A stretch of DNA of 64,000 bases. Source: Harriotta raleighana (lineage: Eukaryota). The position numbers and the translations under genes are program-made. Within the stretch, counting starts at the first letter, position 1, and every line of letters begins with the position of its first letter. Below are positions 36,295-49,410 of the stretch, in pieces. Under the pieces are notes generated by a model. It was not told the origin of the DNA and did no database searches. It was given only the letters and a program-made list of their open reading frames with translations. The stretch lies in NCBI GenBank assembly GCA_050575255.1, contig JBNZDD010013567.1, forward strand, positions 1,503,163 through 1,567,162, read 5' to 3'.

Positions 36295-36587
36295 AATAAT
36301 AATTATCCTTGCTTTTGATGTAGCGCTTTTCAGATCTTATCAAAGAATATACTGTAAAGTGAATTGACTATATTTGTGGGAAAAACGCGGCAGCCAATTG
36401 CACCCAGCATATCCCACAAACAGTCATGGATTGAAATGACCAGTTTTTATTATTGTTTTTTTTGGAGGGATTATTATTAGGCATGTGGAGTAAGGAAACT
36501 TGCCCAAGGTTTTGCCCTGACCTGCCTGGATTCGAACACAGGTCTCACACTTCTAAGGCGAGTGCTCTAACCACTGAGCTACAGGAC
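36295..36587 (-). mobile_element. Deu-domain SINE
   Basis: Head, core and tail; 18-bp head duplication at 36569-36609. Confidence 0.85.
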
Positions 36588-38724
36588 TCACAACCACTGA
36601 GCTACAGGATTTCTACTGTGATCTCGACAAAAAAAATCACATTTGTAAATCCAGCAAAACTTAGTTTACTCAGAACTTTTTACTTATGCAGCATAAATGT
36701 AATTTTGTTGTTGCTGTTGACCCCCCATAACTAGGCAATAAAGAAATTCTGATTTGAATCTGAAGTCTACTCTCATTTATCCACCAAGCATTCAGCATTG
36801 TTTGACCTTGAATCATGTAGGCGTTTCTCTTCTTGCAGTAGTAAAATTCTACTCAAAAGAATCAATAAAACCTGTGTGTTCAAAGTTATCCCCCTTTGGC
36901 TCCGATTCAAAATGGTTCCACAGTAATTCAAATATTGCACCACTCTCATCAGAAGATCTTTCATATTGCGGCTCCTATTACAAGGCTGCGTCTCAAGTGT
37001 AACAAGTGAGGTGCAGAGATTTCCCAGTGGCGAAATGTATACTGTTGACATGTCTGCTGCTTCAAGCAGTTTGTTTGTTAACTCCCCAGATCAATAAATC
37101 TGCAAAAGAAAATGAGTTCATAATCTACATTAACATGCTGGTGTAGTTCTGGGGTGCACAACATTGTTGGAGGTTTAGCCAAAATCTTGGCAACAGTTGA
37201 AATGGGTGTAAGAGATCCGATCCTTCTCGAAAAGTGCGGGTTTGTCCAAATGTTCTGGTCAGCAATCTGCCAGATTTTTTTAAATGGTCATTCAAGGCTA
37301 ATTATAGGAATTTCGACATGCAAAATGGTTACCACATTCAACGACAAAATACACAGTAACTGCATCTCACAATTTTGATGACTGATGAAGAGATATATCA
37401 AATGTAAGGATTATTGTAATATCTGATAATAAACCTGCAGAAGCACATTATTTTTAATTTGTAATTTATATTTACAGGCATCAAGTCATTCCAAATATTG
37501 ATTGTCTGCATTGGTTGGTCTGGATGTTGTTACTGAGCGGATGTAATGCATAACTGATGAGAAATCAGTCTTGTATCTTAATATCCATGAGGTCATTCAT
37601 AATGGAGTATCAAAAATACCAATCAATGGACAAGAAGATTACTGGAAACAGATTACTGTCTATGATTAACACAATTTATCCTGTTATAATTATATTTAAA
37701 TGTTGGAGGGAACTGGAATCAGAGGAGGCAGCATAGGATTCGAGCAAGCTGGACTGGGTACACACAGAGCTGACGACTGACAAATGAAGTTCTACACAAT
37801 TAAAAGGAAGATACCTCACATAGAATAGGAGGCACATGTACTGGTCACAAGATAGGACTTGTTGGAAGGGAGCTGGCCTTGTTAAGTGACTCACCACCAT
37901 AAAACAGTGTGAGGCCGCAATAAACAGACAAATGGCACGTGCGACTGCAATGCCAAATCGATTGAGTGCAGCTGCATGGAAGTCATAGTCGTTAAGAATT
38001 CATCATATCTTTGAACAATCTCAAAATGCTTCCAGGATATATTGTAAAGTGGGTTTGATGTCAATTGTGCACATCAGTGTCTCATACACAGTTATGGATG
38101 CAGTGAGCAAACTTGAGTGAACTATATTGTGTTTGGGTCATGTCTTACCTAGAGTACTGAGGTGCTAAATAATCGTTCACAGTCTCAACAGTGTGAAAAA
38201 ACATATCAAATGCAAGGATTATTACTCTATAAGATCCTTGTAACTATGACATAAGCAGTCTCTCCTGGGCCTGCAATACAGAGTACAGCAATGAGGATGT
38301 CTCATTGTTAAGAGCAATCGTTGGTCAACTTAAGGCTCTTCAGTCTCGTAAGAAGACCATTCAGACACATGTAAGATTATAAATGGGATTGAGAATGTGA
38401 ATACATTTAGATTCACCAGAAAAGCAGAGCAAAAGGACCCCGGTTTAGGATTGCTAAGGGCAATTTTAGGGCAAATACTAATAAATAAATTGATGTGTTT
38501 TGTTACCCAATAAATAATTAATGACTGGAATGGGTTGAGAGATTGGGTGCTTGAAGCAAGAACACATTTCTTTTTTAAAAAAAAGCTGTAATAGGAATAC
38601 ACTAGGGTAGGTGTTCTGAAAGCTGAGATCAAATGTGCCAAAAAACCTTCCTCATCCTGATCTCAAATATTGGTAACCCGTGCACTTGACATAGCACGTT
38701 TCCTGTCAGGATGATATCTCAAAA

Positions 38725-39160
38725 CACAATGACAACAACAACTGCCTCCACACCAGATGGCGTATCAGAGCGCTTCACAATAACGGATTCCAGGGCCGAG
38801 GCAGGGGAAGGGGGAAAAAGGTGACCAAAAGCGCGGTCGAAAAGAAAAATCTTTGGGCGTGACCTAGAAATAGGAAAGGAGGGGGCGAGGCGAAGGGAGT
38901 GAGGAAGGGAATTCCAGAGCCTAGGGGCGTAGTGGCTGAAGGCATGGCTGCTGATAGTGGAAAGGAGGATTTGGGGGACAAGGAGGAGGCCAGACCCGGT
39001 AGAGCGAATGCAACGGGTACTGTTATGAGGAGAGAGAAGTAGGGGGTGCAGAGGAGTGGAGGGATTTGAAAACAAGAGAGAGGATCTTGAAATTGATCCG
39101 CTCCGAGATAGGGAGCCAGTGAAGTCTGGCAAGGACTGGGGTAATCAGGGAGCTTCACAG
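38725..39160 (-). mobile_element. L2 LINE 3' fragment
   Basis: ..AFSHYAPRLWNSLP.SLR.. motif and L2 tail. Confidence 0.8.
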
Positions 39161-41204
39161 GACTTACTGAAACTTCTGTGTTATTTGTTGGCGATCATGG
39201 CAAATGATCTTATAAATAGTCTAATCTGCCTTCATTCTTATGCTGTAAATTAGGTCAACCCCCCACCTCCACCAATGGAATTTCTTCAAATGCCTTGGGA
39301 GAAAAATCTTATTATCCAAATATTCTGACATAAGGCACACAGTAATAAGCTAGGAGTTGAAGGAAATGGGTCTACACGGAGATGGGTGTAGATGTGAACA
39401 TATATATCTATATATATATATATATATAAATTCAAGATATTAATAAATGTCAAATGTTAGTATAACTGGGATATAGATGACATTTTAATATGTATGGTTA
39501 AAGTTGCAAGTGCCTTAGGATAGTGTATTATTATTATTAATAATTTAAGGTTGTTACACAACACATATTCCCATGACCTTAACTTGTGACTACAGTATTT
39601 GTAAGCACTCCAGGGAATTCCTCTTTCTTTCCCCACACAGAATTGGCACTTATGACACTATCAGATTCCAGGTTGCACATCGAAATAAATCTATTTACAA
39701 ACGACATTGGCTGATAAAAAAAACCTGCTACTCACCTTCAGCTCGAGAGAATGGGCAGTACACAAATTTGTAGGTCACCCTGTTATTTGTTGATTATTAT
39801 TATTACTATAATTATTGATTATTCCCTATCAAGGTGACATTGTTTCACCCACAAATACAGTCAATTCACTTTACAGTATATTCTGTGAAGTGCTTTGAGA
39901 CGTCTAGAAGACGTGAAAAGCATTTTTAGCAAATGCAAGGATTGTATGGTTCACCTTGTTCTGTTCGGAAATCGCAAGGCTTGAAACAGATCCAGGCATC
40001 TCTGGAAGTCATGTCAATTACTGTACTCAAGCGAGAAAATGTTTTTTTTCAAATCGTAATATAAAATCAAACACATAATGTATATATTTTTTTTAAAAAC
40101 ACAAAATTCATGTTTTGATAGCAGACACTGTCAAGATTTTTCCTGATGGCCTTGGGTATTGTGAGGGTTAATGCGCAATTGTAATGCGAGGAACTTGACC
40201 GAGTTTTTTTTCCTAATAAAAAATAAATGAACCGGATGAATTATGCAGATACCAACAGGGAACCCGTTCCCAGCAGCTATTATGTATGATCTTGCTGACT
40301 CAACAGCAGCCTCCATTAACTAGAGCAAATAAAATGCAGCTGGAGGATGGAAGGGAATAAGGTTTCGATTTTACCCCAATAAATAAATAAACAAACAAAA
40401 GACCTTTAACAGGTTGGTGGGGGGGGGGGGGGAGGAGGAATAATGCATCCAACAGCGACTCAANTAAACAAACAAAAGACCTTTAACAGGTTGGTGGGGG
40501 GGGGGGGGAGGAGGAATAATGCATCCAACAGCGACTCAAACAAATGAACCCTTTATATAATAAGAATTATTATTATTAATGATTATTATGTAAATTCCTA
40601 TTTCGTGCAGAAGATAGATGGATGGGGGGGTGGGAGGGGAGGTGGATTAGGTGTGACTGTCAATTTATACCCAGTGACAAAGAGAGAATTGGGGAAGGGA
40701 AGAGAGACAGAGAAGAAATGCGTCTTCAGGTGGACTGGGATAATATGTTCATGTTGAGTTGCAGCCCAGCCAACGTTGCTTTGCGTCACTCACGCAGTTG
40801 AGAGCAATTGAAGTCTATTGATAGAGCAGCAACAGTGGGGGGGGCTGGAGCTGGAGAGGAGGAGGCTTTACTGCAGGGATGTGAATGAACTCTCCCCCCC
40901 CCCCCCACCTACCTCTCTCCAGTGTCAATCTCTCCAGCTGCTGTTGGAACCCAGAGGTCTACAAAGGCTGGAAAGTCCTCTGTCACATGTTTTAATCACA
41001 TCACTGGGTGAGGGAGATGACATACACATACACACATACACAGTGAGTGAGTGAGAGTGTGTGGGTGTTTGGGGGAGAAGGAAAGGGCTTCTTCCAATCA
41101 ATCACACAGCAAAAAAGCTTTGCCCGGAAGGAAGTTCTCATCTAGGGGAGGAAGAAGACGAGAGAGAAAGAGGAAGAAAGACAGACTGTGTGACAGAAAG
41201 AGAT

Positions 41205-41545
41205 AGAGATAGAGAGAGAACAGACTGGGTGAGAGATAGAGAGAGAACAGACTGGGTGAGAGATAGAGAGAGAACAGACTGGGTGAGAGATAGAGAGAGA
41301 ACAGACTGGGTGAGAGATAGGGAGAGAACAGACTGGGTGAGAGATAGAGAGAGAACAGACTGGGTGAGAGATAGGGAGAGAACAGACTGGGTGAGAGATA
41401 GAGAGAGAACAGACTGGGTGAGAGATAGAGAGAGAACAGACTGGGTGAGAGATAGAGAGAGAACAGACTGGGTGAGAGATAGGGAGAGAACAGACTGGGT
41501 GAGAGATAGAGAGAGAACAGACTGGGTGAGAGATAGGGAGAGATA
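41205..41545. repeat. 27-bp minisatellite (GAGAGAACAGACTGGGTGAGAGATAGA), about 12 copies
   Basis: Near-perfect tandem array upstream of SLC10A3. Confidence 0.95.
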
Positions 41546-42587
41546 GATTGTGTAAGAGAAAGAGAGTCAAGACTGTGGTGGGAGATAGAGACGGACAGAG
41601 ACCAGACTGTGGGAGAGATAGAGAGAGGCAGACTATGTAATAGAAAGAGAGGCAAGCCTGTGTGAGAGACTGTGTGAGAGACAGAGAGAGACAGACTGTG
41701 TGAGAGACAGAGAGAGAAACAGACTGTGTGAGAGACAGACTGTGTGTGTGTGTGAGAGAGAGAGAGAAATGGACACACTGCGAGAGAGAGAAGGGAGAGC
41801 CTGAGAGGGAGAGAGACGAGACTGTGCGGGAGAGACAGACTGTGCGGGAGAGACAGACTGTGCGGGAGAGAAGAGGAGGAGAGACTGAGCTGGAAGAGAG
41901 CGAGAAAGAGTGGAACTAGCAGATGAGCCAGTTACAGACGAAGAGAAACATGGTCGATGTGGAGGTGGTGGGGGGCTGTGGACTACCTGAGATGGTCTGT
42001 AACCCAGCAGATACACAGGGACGCCGCAATCTCTACAGTTCAGTGCAACAAGTTGTGCTGGGAGCTGTGTGAGGCTGAAATCAGGTCCCTCCAGCCAGGG
42101 TACAGAGGCTTGGAATACCCTTTTTCTATCAAGTTTATTTCTCTCCTTCCCCCCCACCCCCCCTGTGTGTGTGGATGAGAGAGAGATAGATTGAGATTGT
42201 GTGTGTGTGTAGAAGGGAAGGAAACCCAATCCAGCTGCAAGCAAAGCAATGAGGGTTGTGTGATTTTTTTTTTNTTTCCCCCACACCCCTCCCTTTCCCT
42301 CCTTCCCCCCCACCCCCCCTGTGTGTGTGGATGAGAGAGAGATAGATTGAGATTGTGTGTGTGTGTAGAAGGGAAGGAAACCCAATCCAGCTGCAAGCAA
42401 AGCAATGAGGGTTGTGTGATTTTTTTTTTGTCTGCGTCTGCATTTGTGTGTGTGTGTGTGCATTTGTGTGTGTGTGTGTCTGTAATTGTGTCTGTCTGTC
42501 TCTGTGTGTGTTCTCTGGTTGGCAANTTGTGTGTGTGAGTGTCTGTAATTGTGTCTGTCTGTCTCTGTGTGTGTTCTCTGGTTGGCA

Positions 42588-44036
42588 ATGCCTGACTTGC
42601 CTCAGTGGATGGGCAAGGCCAACAACATGCGGAAGGCGCTGGTGTTCTGGGGGTTGATCAGTGGCGTCTGCTGCGTTTTGGACTCTTCCACCACCTCCTC
42701 CTCCTCCACCCCCTCTTCATCCAACAACAACAGCAGCAGCAGCATCCCCGACCTGACCCGTTACTACATTAACATCGGAGACGGTTCTTCCGAGGAATTC
42801 AATTTCCCCGAAAACACCCGGGGGATCATCGTAATCTCGAGCCGTTACGGGATAGGCGAGAGGGAGCGGGGGAGGGGCTCCACCTGTAAGCTGACAGTGG
42901 AGTCACTGGATCCCGATGTGCTCCAGGTACTGAACATCAGCAAGGCCCAGACTGTCGGGTTGGAGAAGAGTTACATCGTCAGCATAAAGTCTGGCATGGC
43001 TGGCTCTGCGGCTCTCCTGATCAGGCTTCTGGCAACTACCGGCGCGCAGCCCGCTGTGGTGGAGGAACGCAGCGATTACACCATCAAAGTGTCGCCCAAC
43101 GACGAGGCCATTGGCTACGCCGCCCTGGCCCATTTCTCCCAAAACCCTGTGCTCTACGCCCTCCTGCCTTTGATCTTCATCAACAAATGTGCTTTCGGGT
43201 GCAAAGTGGAGGTTGGGGTGCTGCGAGGGCTTCTCAAACAGCCGCACCCAGTCATCCTCGGCATGATCGGCCAGTTTGTCCTGATGCCTCTGTACGGCTA
43301 CGCCTTATCGCAGATGTTCGCGCTGCCCAAGGCCCTGTCGCTCGGGCTGATCATTACTTGCTCCACCCCGGGGGGAGGCGGGGGTTACCTCTACAGCCTC
43401 CTCCTCGGAGGGGATGTGACCCTCGCCATCTCCATGACCTTGCTTTCGACAGTGGTGGCCACTGGCATGATGCCTCTCTCATCCAGTCTGTACAGCCACA
43501 TTCTCAACGTCCACGAAACCCTGCACGTGCCCTTCTCTAAGATCCTGATCACGTTGCTGTTCATTGCCATCCCCATTTCCACAGGAATGTTCATCAAGTA
43601 CAAGTTCCCCAAGCTCAGCAAGATCTTGCTGCTGCTCATCCGACCGCTCAGTTTCATACTGATCGTTGGAGGACTCTTCATGGCTTACCAGATGGGAGCG
43701 GACATACTATCCAACGTTCGGAAAGAAATCATTCTGGCCGGGATCGCTGTCCCCGTGTTCGGATTGCTCATTGGATATCTCATGGCGTACTGCTTGAGTT
43801 TACCCGTTCCTCTGTGCAAAACTGTCAGCATCGAGATCGGAGTTCAAAATAGTCTGCTGGCACTTGCTGTGCTCCAGTTGTCCTTCCGCCGTTTCGAAGC
43901 AGACTTTGCCTCACAAGCCCCTTTCATAGTGGCTCTCAGCTCGACATCAGAGATGCTGATTCTCGTGGTCGTTTATCTCATCTACAAAAAATTCAGGCCC
44001 AGCCCTGACTCTGAGAATGGCGACTTCAAGCCGTAA
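42588..44036 (+). CDS. SLC10A3: Sodium/bile acid cotransporter family member P3 protein, single coding exon
   Basis: Matches recalled SLC10A3 motifs: IGDGSSEEFNFPE..GIIVISSRY, AHFSQNP.LY.LLPLIF.NKC.FGCKVE, GLIITCS.PGGGG.YL, TVSIE.GVQNSLLALA, QAPFIVALS.TSEM. Alternative in-frame ATGs at 42609 and 42627. Confidence 0.93.
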   Translation: MPDLPQWMGKANNMRKALVFWGLISGVCCVLDSSTTSSSSTPSSSNNNSSSSIPDLTRYYINIGDGSSEEFNFPENTRGIIVISSRYGIGERERGRGSTCKLTVESLDPDVLQVLNISKAQTVGLEKSYIVSIKSGMAGSAALLIRLLATTGAQPAVVEERSDYTIKVSPNDEAIGYAALAHFSQNPVLYALLPLIFINKCAFGCKVEVGVLRGLLKQPHPVILGMIGQFVLMPLYGYALSQMFALPKALSLGLIITCSTPGGGGGYLYSLLLGGDVTLAISMTLLSTVVATGMMPLSSSLYSHILNVHETLHVPFSKILITLLFIAIPISTGMFIKYKFPKLSKILLLLIRPLSFILIVGGLFMAYQMGADILSNVRKEIILAGIAVPVFGLLIGYLMAYCLSLPVPLCKTVSIEIGVQNSLLALAVLQLSFRRFEADFASQAPFIVALSSTSEMLILVVVYLIYKKFRPSPDSENGDFKP

Positions 44037-46436
44037 ATCCTTTGCGTTTGTTCAAACCAAATCCAAAGGCAAATTTCATGCACTGCGAAAATTTAAATAT
44101 TTTTGTACTGTCATGTTTTTTAAAACAAAAACTCTATAGTAATTAATTTGAATATGTTTACAGTCTTCTAAAATGAGCCAATTCTGTATGGTTTTTTGCT
44201 TAAAACAAAAGGAGGAATGCAGCTTAAAACAAAAAATATGCACTGTAAATTCATGAACTGAAAATCTGAATACATTAAATCAATTCTTGTCTGTTATGTT
44301 CAGTATCAGATGCTTAATTGGATGTGTTAAATTTAATCCAGTATTTGGGATTGGAAAAATCTCTTCATTTCTGCAAACAATTTATTTTGTTCGATCATTT
44401 TGTCCCATTGCAGTGAGTGTTGCTGCCTCCTGTGTGTTTTTTTTTAAAAAGTGTGCAATAATGTTTAAAAAGAGAGAGCCTGCATTGTTACATAATCCTG
44501 TAAAGATTACAATAAGAACTGTCGATGCATTTATCTAGTTTGATCCTCTTTACAGAGTATTGCATTGTGCTTTAAACAATGGTCAAAGAATAATTACCTG
44601 GTGAATAGAGTTGTTGTACAGATGTAACTGTTGTGTAGTATTGTTAAATTCTGTTCCAAAGGTGATGTACAACAAAATACAACAACAAAATTACATTTAT
44701 AGAGTGCCATTCATGTCGGGAGAACATAAGGGAGAATGGTGGTTTGGTAGCCCTATTCCCCCATTTCTTTTGTGTTGGAGCAGTACTTCTATATATTTTT
44801 TAAAAAACAGTATATTCCTAGACTTCCTCCCATCCCCCCACCCACAAAGCAGCATTTTAAAGCACGAAACAAGTGGTTACAGAGGTTCTGATAATATACA
44901 GAGGTGCCATGAGTATTTAGCATAAAGAAATTGTGCAATACAAACTCTTTTCTTGTGTAAATGTAGAATTTGTGGCGTGTAAGACAGCAAGAAAAAAAAC
45001 TACAGACGAATCCAAATTGTATCTTGTGCACCACACCTTGAATCAGTTTCGGTTTTTTTTCAATCTTAAAAATTGGACTGAAGCCTAGGATCCAAAGGAG
45101 AAATGACTCTGAACAAGGTCACATGAAGGGAGGGTGTTGCTGTATCTATCTTCCACTATATTAACAGCTGTGAAATTGACCAAGGAGAATATAATGCAGG
45201 TGTTAGTAGCAAAAAGGTTTCCTTTCTTGTTGAATGGGTCCATTGTCTTGTATATTAAATTTTCCCCAAAACAGTACACATTTTTGGCACATAAACCCAT
45301 TGAAAGCAGTTAAGAATGTGTTAATAGAATTAAGTTTTTTTTTTAAGAAACCTGTAACAGTTTCTAGTTCCAGTTCAGATACCACCGCCTAATGAGATTT
45401 ATTGTGTAACATGAATATATAGCATGGCAGTCTTACTTTATTATTATTTTTTCGCCCGTCTTAAAACCATGTGCTTCAATTTGAACGTTGTGTTATGGAG
45501 AGCAAACACCCAGACCCATTAAGTCATGGTAAGCAATAGCTTTTCTGCTCTGTGAAGTTTTGTCTCTCCCTCCTCAGTAAGGCTGCAGATGGTATTGAAG
45601 ACATGAACTACAAGGTAGCAGTTGTTGCACTGTAAATATCAGATGGAAATAATCACCTCTACGCTTAAATATTAAACTTAAAAGTGAACAAAGCATTCAG
45701 GCATCAAACCAGTTTCTTCCTCCTCCACAGAGGCACAAAACCTCCCACGGATTAGCCCAGTTGGTTGGTTTTATGATTGCCCGTGAGATTAAGCAGTCTG
45801 CCTATATCTGAGTTTTCAGTACATTTGCAGATTACTTACTGTTTGTCAGATTCATTTGCTTGAAGTCGTTTAAGTATGATCAGACTACAAAGGAAAGTAA
45901 ACTTCAGGCGACCGTGTCGTAATAAGATGATGGAGATCTCTACTTAATCATTTCTGATTGAAGTGTAATAACTATATTGTTACTCCAGCAATGGCTGTGT
46001 GAACTGGCTGATGTGTGACCAGTTTTTCACAAACTGACTGATATTTCAGCCAATGTGTTTTTTAGGAAACCACATGCATTGAAATTCCATTTTGAAGTTA
46101 TACCGTGTACTCTGCTGTTTTCCCTTGGTTATACAGCATTTGCTAAATAAATACCAGTACTTTTGTTGAGCAACAGAAGCAAATTGTTTCATTAACTTGT
46201 GTCTATTTTGTTTTGTTTTTAATAATTATCTGGCCGTGACTGGCTAAAGCAGTAAATATCCATCTTAGTATTCATTCAAAGCTACAAAACAATTCACAAT
46301 AAACCGACTCTTTTGCACTGTGGATGAAATACATTAATAGTCTGTAGTTATTCAAACCAGATGTGTTTCTGACTGGTGCTGACTTAACTGGTGAGGGACG
46401 GGATTGGGTTTGTTGCAGAGGTGTCCAATGGGTTGA

Positions 46437-46455
46437 TCGCCCCGAGGTGGCGCTC
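46437..46455 (+). promoter_or_regulatory. Candidate CTCF site
   Basis: TCGCCCCGAGGTGGCGCTC resembles the CTCF core and retains CpGs in a CpG-poor context. Confidence 0.45.
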
Positions 46456-47374
46456 TTGTGCATGATCAAAAGGCCGAGAGGAGGGTGAAAAAACTGCTGA
46501 GCTATTTACACCAATTGGAAAATAAAGCCAGGTATACAAGATATTTCATGCACCTGGAAACAAAACGGGAAGCTGATCAGATAAATCCGATCCACTGTTT
46601 CAACATTCGTTTGTTTTGCTCACAGATGTTACAGTCTATTCACTTTACAGTATATTCTGTGAAGCTCTTTGAGAAATCTTAATTGGGGATAATAATAATA
46701 ATAATCCTTGCATTTGATACAGCGCTTTTCACATCTTATTGACGTCTCAAAGCACTTCACTGAATATACTGTAACGTGAATTGACTACCTTTGTGGGAGA
46801 AACGCGGCAGCCAATTGCGCACAGCAGAGTCCCACAAACAGTCGTGCATTGAAATGACCAATTTTTAAATTATTAGTAAGGATGATGAGGAGCTACATCA
46901 AATGCAAGTATAGTATTATTATTTTGAGAATTCCCTATGGTTCCCGTGGACCACTTGTGACATTGTTCATGAGATTAATTTTTAATTCCTGGAGAGTCCA
47001 ATGTCAAGCCTAGTGACTGGATTCAGCTGCAGCATATTTATGCACAGCAACGTCCCACAAACAAAACTAACAATTTGAATGATTGTGTGAACAGGGAGGG
47101 AAAAAAACATACCTAACTTTTAAAATATGTTTGACCTTTGCCAGGTTTGGTGGAATTTCCAATTTAAACCACAAGTTCAAATCACTGGCTGCTTTCAAAT
47201 TACTGTCACAAATTCTGAATTCTTCACTATTGCGATGAGGAACACTTTAGGGAAAAATAAACCTTGCAAAACTTTTGCTAATGTCTCAATTTATCACCCA
47301 GACTTGAAAGGATTGTAATTAACTAACATTTTTTGTCTTTTTTTCAAATTATTTGGTTAAAAATTATAACCTTA

Positions 47375-47950
47375 TACCTTTTGCTGCAATTGTTTAGGGC
47401 CTTGGTGAGACCACACCTAGGATATTGTGTGCAGTTTTGGTCTCCTTATTTAAGAAAAGACATACTCACCTTAGATGGGGTGCAGCATAGATTCACTGGG
47501 TTGGTTCCTGGGGGTTGACCTGTGAGGATAGGTTGAGTGAACTAGGCCTATATTCCAGAATATAGAAAAATTGAATGCGATTTTATAGATTCTTAAGGGG
47601 CAGACAGAGTAGACTATGAGACTGTTTCCCCTGGTTGGAGAATCTAAGACGAGGGGTCATAGTCACAAGATTAAGGGTCAGCTTTTTGAATAGAGTTGAG
47701 GAAATATTTCTTCACTCAGAGGGTAGTGAATTTATGGAATTCTCTATCCCAGGAGGTTGTGGATGCTCAGTCCCTGAATTTATTCAAGACTGAAATTGAT
47801 AGATTTCGAAAGGCTACAGGGATTAAATGCTATGGGGATAGGGTGGGTAAATGGAATTAGGTGAGAAGATCAGCCATGATCTTATTAAATGGTGGGGCAG
47901 GCTCAAGGGGTTGAATGGCCTACACCTGCTCCTAATTTCTTATGTTCTTA
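47375..47950 (+). mobile_element. CR1 LINE 3' fragment
   Basis: ALVRPHLGYCVQFWSPYLRKDI..L..VQ.RFT; TTCTTCACTCAGAGGGTAGTGAAT; CR1 3' UTR. Confidence 0.9.
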
Positions 47951-48122
47951 CCTCCTTCATAGGACTAGGATTGAGTTCTTTAGTTCATTCTCAGATGCAC
48001 AGAATTGGAAACACTTGTCCAGAATCTTCACTTGTTGGCTTCCATACAATCATGGAATATTTTTGCTGTCCAGCTTCGGAATCTGCATGAGCAGAGTCAT
48101 TCGTATACATAGAAAAGTATTA

Positions 48123-48506
48123 CAGTAAAACACTGTTTAACCAGTATATTCAACCAACCGGTATCTCCCAATACAATTCACCATTCCAGCAACTGGACCT
48201 CATACTATAGTCATCCCTGATACTCGCTCACTTTGCGCATGTGTGGCACATGCGCACCGATTAAACTTACCGAACGCTGGAATGCTTTTTTACCGATCAT
48301 TTTACCGAGTGTGCTGGAATGCTTTATTGGTAAGTATCCATACAATATTTTGGTATTATGCAGTCTATAATTAATATGATATGTTTTAAAATAAGTTCAT
48401 TTTTTTGTTGATGGATTTTCGGCAATTTGCCACTTGAATATCCGGCACATTTGATTAATCGGGGCCGGGCAGGTCCTGAGAGTGCTGGATAACAAAGATT
48501 TGACTG
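48123..48506. mobile_element. Tigger-like MITE
   Basis: TA|CAGTAAAACACTGTTTAACCAG ... CTGGATAACAAAGATTTGACTG|TA. Confidence 0.75.
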
Positions 48507-48739
48507 TATATTGAGCAGAGACTCCAAGAGAAAAAAGGGTGTTCACTGTAACAAATGGCACTTAGTTCTGAGCCACAATATGATACAATACAATTTTACA
48601 TTTATTTTCATAACGGGAGGGTGTCCCAAGGTGTTCAACTGTAGTGACTTAGGATCCAAGCTGCCGGTGGGAGTCAGTGGGAGTTTGGAGGGGGAAATGA
48701 ACAAAAGCAGAGTCAAGCAGGTAGGTCTTGTCCCCTCCT

Positions 48740-49410
48740 ATCTCTGATCACCTATCAACCTGCTTGCTCTCTCCATCCAGCAGGCTCCGACCTGCTCCAT
48801 GTCTCCCGCCCGACCTGCCCTACCATTGGTGACCAGGCTTTCAGCCTCTCTGTCCCTGCACTTTGGAACTCTATTCCACAATCCCTTTGCCTTATTCCCT
48901 CCATTGCCTCCTTCAAGACTGGTCTCAAGACCCTCCTTTTCGACTGTGCCTTCAGCCACACCATAATAATAATTCTGCCCTCCCTCTCCCAGCCCCCGCC
49001 CCACCACCACTCATATCACCATATCATATCACTCATATCACCATACTCAGGTGCCGACCCCTAATTGTTCAGTGCTTTGGTGAAAGGTGCTCTACAAATG
49101 TAATTTTGTTGTTGTTGTTGTTTTGAGACAGACCTTGAAAGAGGTTAGGGAGGAAAGCGAGACAGAGACTCCAAGAGGGAGTTCCTGAAATGGGCAGAAG
49201 GTCCAACTGCTGATAATGGGGAGGGTAGGGTGGGGGATATGGAGTAGGCCAGCACTTGCTGAGCAAAGTTAGTGGCTGGGTTGGTTGGATTTGAGGAAAT
49301 GGCAGACATAAAGATGGGGTGAGACCATAGAGGAATTTAAAGGTGGGAACGAGGTCATTGTGAATCAGATGCCCTGGGAGATAGTCAAGGAAGTGAGTAT
49401 GTCCAGCCAA
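48740..49410. mobile_element. Tail-to-tail L2 fragments
   Basis: Plus-strand L2 3' end to (TTG)n at about 49120, followed by a minus-strand L2 remnant. Confidence 0.65.

Noticed and set aside
40385-40540. Duplicated poly-G block
   Set aside because: N at 40464; overlap artefact
41061-42463. Long ORFs (RERTDWVRD repeat, SPSLFSLYL repeat, 276 aa)
   Set aside because: Translations of minisatellites; there are no unique spacers, so this is not CRISPR-like either
42140-42587. Duplications upstream of SLC10A3 and the ORF start at 42549
   Set aside because: N junctions at 42274 and 42526; the 42549 start is a TTG in repeat sequence, and the first ATG is 42588
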